A stretch of DNA of 64,000 nt. Origin: Candidatus Bathyarchaeia archaeon. Its GTDB lineage: Archaea; Thermoproteota; Bathyarchaeia; Bathyarchaeales; Bathycorpusculaceae. Of this stretch, positions 38,583 to 47,091 are shown one piece after another. The translations under genes were made by a program, and so were the position numbers. Within the stretch, counting starts at the first letter, position 1. The number at the start of each line of letters is the position of its first letter. The DNA is taken from the NCBI GenBank assembly GCA_038883775.1, contig JAVZLM010000006.1, positions 1-64,000 on the forward strand, written 5' to 3'. The notes under the pieces are model-generated. The model had not been told where the DNA came from, ran no database searches, and saw only the letters and a program-made list of their open reading frames with translations.

Positions 38583-40034
38583 CTAATAGGCTCTTGCGAA
38601 GTAAACCACTTCCTTAGCTTCTTTTCCGCAATAAATGCATTTTGAGAAGGTTTTCTCTCTTTCAAAAGGCACTATTCTTATGGTTGCTCCAGTCTCTTCC
38701 TTTATTCTTTCTTCGCATGCAGAATCGGTGCACCAGCAAGCCCTAATAAATCCGCCTTTTTTTAATGTCTTTTTGAATTCTTCATAAGTTTTTACTGTGG
38801 TTATGTTTTCTTCTAAGAATTTTTTAGCCCTATTGAAAAGGTTTTTTTGGATTTCTTCCAGCATTTTCGCTACAGCGTTAACTATTTCTTCTTCTTCTTC
38901 TTTTATAGCGATTCTTTCAAAGGTGTCTCTTCTGGCTAATGTCGCCTGCTTTTGTTTTAGGTCTTTTGGACCAATTTCTATTCTTATTGGCACGCCTTTA
39001 AGTTCCCACTCGTTAAATTTCCATCCAGGCGTGTATTCACTTCTGTCGTCCAGAACCGCTGATATGCCATGCTTTTTCAGTTTTTCATAGATTTCCTTAG
39101 CTTTTGCAAATATTGCTGTGGAATCAGCCTCTTTGTAGGGTATTGGAACTATAACCGCTTGGATTGGTGCAACTTTTGGCGGCAATACTAATCCTTTGTC
39201 GTCGCCGTGGACCATTACCATGGCGCCTATCATTCTTGTTGAGAAGCCCCATGATGTTTGCCAAACATATCTTTCTTTTTCGTCTTTGTCGAGGAATTTT
39301 ATGTTGAAGGCTTTGGAGAAATTTTGGCCAAGCTGATGGGATGTTCCCATTTGGAGGGCTTTGCCGTCGGGCATTAGGGCTTCTAGGGTTGTTGTGTATA
39401 ATGCGCCTTTAAACTTTTCATTTTCCGTTTTCCTCCCAGCGAGAACAGGGATGGCTAGGTAATTTTCTATGATTTCTTTGTAGGTGTTTAGAATTTCCAT
39501 GACTTCTTGGTCTGCTTCTTCTTTTGTTGCGTGGGCTGTATGTCCCTCTTGCCATAGGAATTCCCTTGTGCGTAGGAAAAGTTTGGTTGCTTCTGTTTCC
39601 CATCTTACAACACTGTTCCACTGATTAAGCTTTAGTGGCAAGTCCCTCCAGCTTCTAATCCACTTGGCGTATGTAGCATACATTATTGTTTCTGACGTGG
39701 GTCTTATGGCAAGCCTTTCCTCTAATGGTGTGTCTCCGCCAATGGTGACCCATGCAACTTGGGGAACAAACCCTTTGAAGTGTTCAGCCTCTTTTTTCAA
39801 GAAACTTTCGGGTATAAACAGTGGGAAGTAAACATTCTTGTGTCCCGTAGCCTTAATTTTTTCGTTGAAGGCTTCTTGGATTTTCTCCCATATGGCATAG
39901 GAAAGTTCGCGGAATATCATGCAACCCTTGACAGGCGCATAATCCGCCAGTCCAGATTTTACGACAACTTGCGTGTACCATTCTGAGAAGTCTTCAGTCT
40001 TTTTAACTGTCAATCCCATCTCTGACATGCGCAT
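38583..40034 (-). CDS. proS: Proline--tRNA ligase (archaeal/eukaryotic type)
   Basis: FSEWY, RPTSET, FLRTREFLWQEGHTAH, QTSWG, C-terminal FARAY. Confidence 0.97.
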   Translation of the reverse strand: MRMSEMGLTVKKTEDFSEWYTQVVVKSGLADYAPVKGCMIFRELSYAIWEKIQEAFNEKIKATGHKNVYFPLFIPESFLKKEAEHFKGFVPQVAWVTIGGDTPLEERLAIRPTSETIMYATYAKWIRSWRDLPLKLNQWNSVVRWETEATKLFLRTREFLWQEGHTAHATKEEADQEVMEILNTYKEIIENYLAIPVLAGRKTENEKFKGALYTTTLEALMPDGKALQMGTSHQLGQNFSKAFNIKFLDKDEKERYVWQTSWGFSTRMIGAMVMVHGDDKGLVLPPKVAPIQAVIVPIPYKEADSTAIFAKAKEIYEKLKKHGISAVLDDRSEYTPGWKFNEWELKGVPIRIEIGPKDLKQKQATLARRDTFERIAIKEEEEEIVNAVAKMLEEIQKNLFNRAKKFLEENITTVKTYEEFKKTLKKGGFIRACWCTDSACEERIKEETGATIRIVPFEREKTFSKCIYCGKEAKEVVYFARAY

Positions 40035-40284
40035 CTCTCCCTTGATTCTTTTTTGTTGAATATAATTCTAATGGAGAACAAATTCTGATGTGGGCTAAGT
40101 TTTGCGAAAATTTAGCAATGTGGAACGCAATCGCCCATATCAACCACGCCTTACAAAAATATCGGAAGTGACTATTAAACATTTTCTTATCGCAAAAATG
40201 GATTGCGTAAGTGCGCAACTGTTTTAACTTAACACGCCCATAATTCATTTGTTCCTCCGTCAACAAGAGTGGCGTGAATGAAGA

Positions 40285-41526
40285 TTGAAGGCGATTTTGG
40301 TTATTGGAGATGGAATGGCCGACAGACCCGTAAAAGAATTGAATTGGAAAACACCATTAGAAGAAGCCCACAAACCATCATTAAACAAAATAGCTGAAAC
40401 TGGCATCTGCGGCATAATGGACCCAATATCGCCTGGAACGCCGCCAGGAAGCGATGTGGCTACCCTTGCGTTGTTGGGTTATGATGTCCTAAAAGTTTAT
40501 TCGGGAAGAGGCGCCTTAGAAGCAATAGGCTCTGGTATAGACGTTCTAGCAAGCGATGTTTGTTTCCGATGTAATTTTGCAACAGTAGATGAGGACCTTA
40601 TTGTTTTGGATAGGCGTGCAGGAAGAATCTCTGATGAGGATGCAGCTAAACTGGCACGAAGTCTCCAAGAAGTTAAGCTGAAGAAACCTTCAAAAGTTGA
40701 CTTTCTGTTTAGAAGCACCTTGCAGCATCGTGCAGTTTTAATTCTTCGCGGGGCTAAACTGTCAACCGCAGTTAGTGATGCTGACCCCGGAAAAACCGGA
40801 GCAAAGGTTCAGCAGGTGAAACCATTAGACAATAGCCCAGAAGCCAAATTAACTTCCAAAATAGTTAACGAACTTATCCACGAATTCCATAAAACATTGA
40901 AAACTCATCCATTAAATAAAGAAAGAGTTAGACATGGTTTGCCTCCAGCGAATATTGTCTTATGTCGTGGCGCTGGTACGATTCCTCAAATTGAGCCTTT
41001 GACAAAAATTTATGGCGTGAAAGCTGCTTGTGTGAGCGCTGCGCCTTTGGTTAGTGGAGTCTGTAAGGTTGCTGGAATGAATTTGGTAAAGGTTGAAGGC
41101 GCCACTGGCTTGCCTCAAACTAATTATTTGGGTAAAGCAAAGGCGGCAACTAATGCTCTAGCCAACTGTGATTTTGTGCTTTTGCATGTGAAGGCGCCAG
41201 ATGTTGCAAGCCATGACGGAAACGTTAAACTAAAAATTAAGGTGATTGAAGAAATCGATAAAATGGTTGGTTATCTGCTTAACAATGTGGACGCAAACTC
41301 AACCTATTTGGCTGTAACTGCAGACCACACAACCTCCCTTGTAACAGGCGAGCATGAAGGTGACCCAGTTCCAATAGCCATAACTGGACCATATGTTCGC
41401 TGTGATGATGTGAAAGAGTTCAGCGAAAGGGCATGCGTTAAGGGCGGGTTGAATAGGATTAGGGGTATGGATTTGACGCCTATCTTGATGAATTTTCTTG
41501 GAAAAACTAAAAAGTTTGGGGCTTAG
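40285..41526 (+). CDS. apgM: 2,3-bisphosphoglycerate-independent phosphoglycerate mutase (archaeal)
   Basis: DGMADRP, KTPLE, PGSD, GRGALEA, HVKAPDVASHDG, TADHTT. Confidence 0.93.
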   Translation: MKAILVIGDGMADRPVKELNWKTPLEEAHKPSLNKIAETGICGIMDPISPGTPPGSDVATLALLGYDVLKVYSGRGALEAIGSGIDVLASDVCFRCNFATVDEDLIVLDRRAGRISDEDAAKLARSLQEVKLKKPSKVDFLFRSTLQHRAVLILRGAKLSTAVSDADPGKTGAKVQQVKPLDNSPEAKLTSKIVNELIHEFHKTLKTHPLNKERVRHGLPPANIVLCRGAGTIPQIEPLTKIYGVKAACVSAAPLVSGVCKVAGMNLVKVEGATGLPQTNYLGKAKAATNALANCDFVLLHVKAPDVASHDGNVKLKIKVIEEIDKMVGYLLNNVDANSTYLAVTADHTTSLVTGEHEGDPVPIAITGPYVRCDDVKEFSERACVKGGLNRIRGMDLTPILMNFLGKTKKFGA

Positions 41527-42648
41527 CTATTGGACTGGCATTAGTCTCCATTCTCTATAATCTGTTATGACTTTAATGTATCCTTTTAGCATGGTATCTG
41601 CTTCGGCATCGCCCGTGTCAACTCTTAAAACGTTTCCTTCAATGTTTTGGAGTTTGCTTTTTGTTGCCGCCACAATTATTCTTTGTTTTCCAACTCGTTT
41701 AATGATTTCTGGACTTATCTGTTGGTTTCCCCTTCCCAAGAGAATTCCTTGATGTCCAATTGGTGATAGGATAATCCAAACTTTTTGCCAATCTTTTATT
41801 TCTTCCAAAATTTTCTTTTCATTCACGTCGAGGATGATTTTGCCGTTTTTGTATATGTCCACGCCCAAAACTGTTTTTTCAACGCCTAAAAGGTCTGCTA
41901 TGCGCTGGACTGTTGTTCCTGGACCCAGTATGTATGTGGCATCTGGCAGCATTTCTTCTATTATGAATTTTGCTATTGCGGTTTGGTTTTCCTTTTCATC
42001 GGTGGTTTCTGGGCTTACCTGTTTGCTTCCTTGAATTCGCATAGCCAAAAAGGGTCCCTTAAGAAAACCGTAGAGTTTTACTGCAAAAGCGTCGCTTCTT
42101 ATGGCGCTTTCGTCAGCATCCATAATCTCAAACTCCATTATTTCAGCTTGGTTTTCAGCAAAAGCCAAAACAATGTTAGCCGCATCTGAAGGGTTTACGG
42201 CGAAAATACCACTATACATTTTTACTCCAGCAGGCACACCTAAAACAGGCGTTTCCGCTTTGCAGTCTCGCATGGCATCAAAGATGTCTTTTGCTGTGCC
42301 GTCTCCGCCAACAAAGACTATTAAATCAACCTTTGCTGCAGTTAAGAGTTTGACGGCGTTTTTTGTGTCTTCGGCGCTTGTCTCCTTTCTGATTTTCATC
42401 GGTAATATTTGCATTTGAAAATTTGCAGCCTTCGCTTCTTTTTCGCCCATAATTCCTGGACAGGTGAAGACTTCAATTTTTGTTTGGGCAAAATTTTTCT
42501 TTAATTTTTGCAGAAACTCTACTGCCCTTTTTGGCGCTACTGGTTTGGCTCCTCTTGCAATTGCCTCCTTTAGTACGCCATCTGTGCCTTTTAATCCAAC
42601 TCTTCCTCCCATTCCAGCTATTGGATTAACGATGAAACCAAGCTTCAT
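41527..42648 (-). CDS. ATP-NAD/AcoX kinase family protein
   Basis: NPIAGMGGRVGLKGTDG, GGDGTA, GVKMYS, GRGNQQIS. Confidence 0.88.
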   Translation of the reverse strand: MKLGFIVNPIAGMGGRVGLKGTDGVLKEAIARGAKPVAPKRAVEFLQKLKKNFAQTKIEVFTCPGIMGEKEAKAANFQMQILPMKIRKETSAEDTKNAVKLLTAAKVDLIVFVGGDGTAKDIFDAMRDCKAETPVLGVPAGVKMYSGIFAVNPSDAANIVLAFAENQAEIMEFEIMDADESAIRSDAFAVKLYGFLKGPFLAMRIQGSKQVSPETTDEKENQTAIAKFIIEEMLPDATYILGPGTTVQRIADLLGVEKTVLGVDIYKNGKIILDVNEKKILEEIKDWQKVWIILSPIGHQGILLGRGNQQISPEIIKRVGKQRIIVAATKSKLQNIEGNVLRVDTGDAEADTMLKGYIKVITDYREWRLMPVQ

Positions 42649-42733
42649 AACGCTTCATCTAAAGGAAAGATTTGTAGAGCATGCTATAAACTATTTCAGC
42701 CTTCCCGTCTAATAGAATAATAGGGTTTAAACA

Positions 42734-43363
42734 TTGCCTCCAAAGAAATCAAAACCGCATAAGCCTCTTGGCACTTTCTCCATATTAGCCACATCACAAG
42801 ACTCCAATCTTATGGGCGTTGCCACAGCCTCAGGCTCCACTAACGTAGGCGACAGGGTTCCCCACGCAAAACCAGGAGTAGGCGTAATTGCCACCCAAGC
42901 TTATACAAACATTGCTTATGGCGTTAAAGGTTTGGAACTGCTTCGGGAGGACTTGTCTCCAGAGCAAGTCTTAACCAAACTTTTGATGGAGGATTTGGAA
43001 AGAAACATGAGGCAGGTAGCGATAATGGATTTTAAAGGAAGAAAGGCGGTTTTTACTGGTTGTGGTGTTCCAGAATTTTATGCAGAATTTGTTGGAAAAG
43101 ATTATGTTGTTATTGGAAATTTGCTTTCCACAAAAGATGTTGTCAAGAGTATGGCAAGGGAGTTTGAAGTTTCCGAAGGAAGCTTAGCCTTACGAATGGT
43201 GAAGGCATTGGAAGCTGGAAGCAAAAGTGGCGGAGACAAGCGTGGTGAAAGATCGGCAGCCTTTATAGTAGTTAGCGGCGAAAAGGTGGAAATTGAAATA
43301 AAGATTAGCATGCATGAACAGCCTATTGAAGAGCTATCTCGCAGGCTGAAATGTCAAAGTTAA
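42734..43363 (+). CDS. DUF1028 family Ntn-hydrolase-like protein
   Basis: TFSILA, GVGVIATQAYTN, RQVAIMD, GGDKRG.RSAA. Confidence 0.85.
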   Translation: MPPKKSKPHKPLGTFSILATSQDSNLMGVATASGSTNVGDRVPHAKPGVGVIATQAYTNIAYGVKGLELLREDLSPEQVLTKLLMEDLERNMRQVAIMDFKGRKAVFTGCGVPEFYAEFVGKDYVVIGNLLSTKDVVKSMAREFEVSEGSLALRMVKALEAGSKSGGDKRGERSAAFIVVSGEKVEIEIKISMHEQPIEELSRRLKCQS

Positions 43364-43450
43364 ATCATCTAATGTTAGAAGGAGCTTTCTTTCCGAAAAT
43401 TCTTATATCTTTAAAAATTGAACATCCTTTTCCCACGCTGATGAGGTTAT

Positions 43451-44431
43451 TTGATGTCAATGAAAACCATGAAAAGGATTCTTGTAACTGGCGCCACTGG
43501 ACAAATTGGCTCTGAACTGACAATAGAGCTTCGGAAAAAATATGGTGGAGAAAATGTGATTGCGGCTGGGCATAAACGAAAACCAAGCCAAAAATTATTA
43601 GAGTCTGGTCCCTTCGAGTATGTTGACACCACATCAAAAGAAAGCATCGAGAAAGTGGTAAAAGAGTATGACATCGACACAATTTATCATTTGGCGGCTG
43701 TTCTCTCCGCCACTGGTGAAGAAAATCCGCAGTTGGCTTGGAACGTAAACATAAATGGTCTTTATAACGTGCTCGAAATTGCAAGAGAACAAAATTTAGT
43801 CAGAGTTTTTTGGCCCAGCTCTATTGCCGTTTTTGGTCCAGAAGCCCCCCGCATTAACACACCTCAAGATACAATCTTAATTCCAAGAACTATTTATGGT
43901 GTTACAAAGGTCGCTGGCGAACTTTTATGCAATTATTATTTTACGCGTTTTGGTTTGGATGTCCGTAGTGTTCGTTATCCAGGCATTATAAGTTGTGAGA
44001 CTCCTCCCGGTGGGGGTACAACGGATTATGCCGTTGAAATTTTTTACGAAGCCATAAAGAATAAGCGTTATACATGTTTTGTGAGGGAGGATACGGTTTT
44101 GCCGATGATGTATATGCCTGACTGCATTAATGCGGCTTTAAAGCTTATGGATGCTGATTCTTCTCGGATAAGACATCGCACAAGTTACAATGTGACTGCT
44201 ATGAGTTTTTCGGCTGGGGAATTGGCAGCTGAAATAAGGAAGTATATTCCCGATTTTAAATGCGAATATAAACCTGATTTTAGGCAGAAGATTGCGGACT
44301 CTTGGCCCATGTCAATAGATGACAGTGTAGCCCGTCGGGAGTGGGGATGGAATCCAAAATATGATTTGACTTCTATGGTTAGGGATATGATTGAAAAACT
44401 GAAAAAACGCTTTGCTGAAGGTGGTTTCTAA
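43451..44431 (+). CDS. tdh: L-threonine 3-dehydrogenase (SDR/GalE-like type)
   Basis: GATGQIGSEL, LSATGE, PSSIAVFG, YGVTK, PGGGTTDYA; next to kbl. Confidence 0.88.
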   Translation: MMSMKTMKRILVTGATGQIGSELTIELRKKYGGENVIAAGHKRKPSQKLLESGPFEYVDTTSKESIEKVVKEYDIDTIYHLAAVLSATGEENPQLAWNVNINGLYNVLEIAREQNLVRVFWPSSIAVFGPEAPRINTPQDTILIPRTIYGVTKVAGELLCNYYFTRFGLDVRSVRYPGIISCETPPGGGTTDYAVEIFYEAIKNKRYTCFVREDTVLPMMYMPDCINAALKLMDADSSRIRHRTSYNVTAMSFSAGELAAEIRKYIPDFKCEYKPDFRQKIADSWPMSIDDSVARREWGWNPKYDLTSMVRDMIEKLKKRFAEGGF

Positions 44432-44495
44432 ACTTACGTTCCTGCAAGAATGGTATAGGAAATGTTAAAAGATAGCAAAAATAAGTTTTTAGAAG

Positions 44496-45707
44496 GTGGT
44501 TAATTTGGTTATTAAACGTCATCCAACCAAATATTTAGGCGAAGAATATCAACGTTTGGTCCATGAAAACCTCAACTGGGAACTTAAGGTTTTGGAAAGT
44601 GCAAGCGAACCCATCTGCATAGTGAATGGAAAAAAGGTTCTAATGCTCTGCGCAAACAACTACCTAAACCTTGCAACACACCCAAAAGTTGTTAAGGCAA
44701 TGATAGAAGCAACCGAAAAATATGGGGCAGGCGCAGGAAGCGACAGGTCAATTTCAGGTAACATGACTCTTCATGAGGAATTAGACCGGCGTCTTGCAAA
44801 ATTCAAAAACGCTCCAGCCTCATTAACGTTTCAAACGGGTTTTATGGCTAATGAGGGTGTTATCCCGCAGCTTGCTGACAAGGGCGACTTGTTCGTTTCA
44901 GACGAATTAAACCATGGCTCCATAATCGACGGCGTAAGACTAAGCCATGCTGATAGGGCAATATTTAAGCATAAAGATGTGGAGGATTTGGCACGGGTTA
45001 TGGATGAAGCTGAAAAGCATGATCCGCCATACAGGCATATATGGATTCTTACAGATGGGGTTTTCAGCATGGACGGCGACACAGCTCCATTACCAGAAAT
45101 TGCAAAAATCGCAAAAGAACATGGTGCAGGTGTCTATGTTGATGATGCGCATGGTGAAGGCGTTTTAGGCGAAGGCGGAAGAGGCATAGTCAACCATTAT
45201 AAACTCTCACGCGACGAGGTTCATGTTGAAATGGGAACCTTTTCCAAAGCCTTCGGAGTTATAGGCGGGCATATAACCGGCGGAGAAGATTTGCGCAACT
45301 TTGCCTATAACAAAGCGCGGAGTTGGCTTTTAAGCGGTGCTGTGCCGCCTGGTGTTGCTGCTGCTTGCATTGCAGCCATAGATGTTTTGGAAACAGAACC
45401 GCAGCATGTAAGGAAAGTTTGGGAGAACCGCAATCATCTCCTCGAAGGTTTGCAGGATGCTGGTTTTGATACTGGAAACACTGAAACGCCAATAATCCCC
45501 GTCATGTGTGGCAGAAGCAAGGCTGCAAAGGATTTGGCTGATTATCTTTGGTCGAAGGAAATATTTGTCTTGCCAATATTTTATCCAATGGTGGCGAGGG
45601 ACAAAGCCAGAATTCGCGTCCAAGTTTGCACAAAACACACCACAGAACAGTTGGATAGAGCCATAGAAGCCTTCAAACAAGGCGGCAAAAACCTCCGAAT
45701 AATCTAA
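44496..45707 (+). CDS. kbl: Glycine C-acetyltransferase (2-amino-3-ketobutyrate CoA ligase)
   Basis: CANNYL, SDELNHGSIIDG, TDGVFSMDGD, VDDAHG, GTFSKA, ARIR. Confidence 0.85.
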   Translation: MVNLVIKRHPTKYLGEEYQRLVHENLNWELKVLESASEPICIVNGKKVLMLCANNYLNLATHPKVVKAMIEATEKYGAGAGSDRSISGNMTLHEELDRRLAKFKNAPASLTFQTGFMANEGVIPQLADKGDLFVSDELNHGSIIDGVRLSHADRAIFKHKDVEDLARVMDEAEKHDPPYRHIWILTDGVFSMDGDTAPLPEIAKIAKEHGAGVYVDDAHGEGVLGEGGRGIVNHYKLSRDEVHVEMGTFSKAFGVIGGHITGGEDLRNFAYNKARSWLLSGAVPPGVAAACIAAIDVLETEPQHVRKVWENRNHLLEGLQDAGFDTGNTETPIIPVMCGRSKAAKDLADYLWSKEIFVLPIFYPMVARDKARIRVQVCTKHTTEQLDRAIEAFKQGGKNLRII

Positions 45708-45823
45708 AACCCAGAACCTCCACTCCTTATTTCTTTCAATAGAATTACTATACTTTACCGCGTTTTTGTTCGCGCATTAGAAGCGTTAAATTATTACGGC
45801 ATAACATTAACCTTGGTGGGATT

Positions 45824-46300
45824 ATGGCCGAAAAATTGGTGCGGCTTGTTGGATACTGTGGCTGTTATTGCGGCCTTTGCGGTGTTAGGGCATGTTTCTC
45901 TAAACATGCACGTCAGCTTAAGGAAACACTTCGCCAAGAAGGAATGGATTATTGGTACAAGTATGTGCCTTCTATGCGAGAAACTTTTCCAGTTTTCTGG
46001 AAGTTCCTCGAAGACTTAACAAACTATGAGTGCTCTTGTAGGACTGGCGGCGGCCCGTCAACATGTAAGATAAGGCGCTGTGCAAAAAAGAAAGGGGTAT
46101 CCGTATGCCCTTTCTGCGAACAATATCCATGTACCCTAATCGAGAATTATAACAAAGTTTACCCAACAACTGTTGAGGATGGAAAGAGGCTAAGGGAAAT
46201 AGGCCTTGAGGCTTGGGTCAAAGAGCAAGAAGAAAGGGCTAAGAAGGGCTTCATATACGCACAAATCAAAATCCAAAGAAAAGACGTGGCGTGGACTTAA
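45824..46300 (+). CDS. DUF3795 Cys-rich protein
   Basis: GYCGCYCGLC...C.CR...C.IRRC.....C.FC..YPC. Confidence 0.82.
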   Translation: MAEKLVRLVGYCGCYCGLCGVRACFSKHARQLKETLRQEGMDYWYKYVPSMRETFPVFWKFLEDLTNYECSCRTGGGPSTCKIRRCAKKKGVSVCPFCEQYPCTLIENYNKVYPTTVEDGKRLREIGLEAWVKEQEERAKKGFIYAQIKIQRKDVAWT

Positions 46301-46368
46301 CCATAAACAACAGCGCTATTATAATAACCACTGTTTATTTAAATTCACGTTCTCCTATTTTCATTTTA

Positions 46369-46980
46369 ATGTCAGAAATTGCTAAAGAGAAGCAGCGATT
46401 GCGAGAGAAAATCTGGCGTGAAATGGAAAAGTTTGGAGTAGCTGCCTTTCCGCTTCCGTGCTGGGGGAGAATTCCAAATTTTTCTAGAGCATCCGTTGCC
46501 GCTGAAAAACTGCGCCAACTGGAAGAATGGCGAAAAGCAAAAGTCATATTTGCCAATCCAGACTCGCCACAACAAAAGGTTAGAGAAAACGCCCTTAAAG
46601 ATGGAAAAATCCTTATAATGGCTTCTCCAAGACTCAAAAGAGGCTTCATTCTAATTGACCCAGCCAAAGCAAAGGGAAAAGAACGTTTTGCCTCAACCAT
46701 TAAGGGCGCATTCCAATATGGAACGGAAACACGCTCTTTTCCGAAGCCAGACTTAATAGTTGAAGGTTCTGTGGCTGTTGATTTGCATGGACATAGACTT
46801 GGGAAGGGACACGGCTACGGCGACGTGGAAATAGCCATCCTAAAGAGAATGTTTGGAGAAATCCCCATAGTAACAACAGTCCATGACATGCAAGTGATTG
46901 AGGCTGTCCCGTTTGAGGAAAAAGATGAGAAAGTATCCCTAATTGTTACGCCTACAAAAGTTATTCGCATAACCACCTAA
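46369..46980 (+). CDS. 5-formyltetrahydrofolate cyclo-ligase family protein (archaeal MTHFSD-like)
   Basis: GRIPNF, NPDSPQ, GSVAVD..G.RLGKGHGYGD, TTVHD; start placed at ATG 46369. Confidence 0.88.
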   Translation: MSEIAKEKQRLREKIWREMEKFGVAAFPLPCWGRIPNFSRASVAAEKLRQLEEWRKAKVIFANPDSPQQKVRENALKDGKILIMASPRLKRGFILIDPAKAKGKERFASTIKGAFQYGTETRSFPKPDLIVEGSVAVDLHGHRLGKGHGYGDVEIAILKRMFGEIPIVTTVHDMQVIEAVPFEEKDEKVSLIVTPTKVIRITT

Positions 46981-47091
46981 ATTTTGTAGTGCAGAAAATC
47001 TAGAGAGGGTATCGAATTTAATACATTCCACAAGCCTAAACTAGAGGTAGGGTCCGTATTGGTTATTTTTTGTGTCAAAAGTATGTTGTTT

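Noticed and set aside
38886-38900. (TTC)5 microsatellite in proS
   Set aside because: In-frame poly-Glu run; cannot cause phase variation.
40003-40266. 87-aa - strand ORF across the proS-apgM spacer
   Set aside because: No recognisable motif, atypical composition, and it overlaps both promoters and the proS start.
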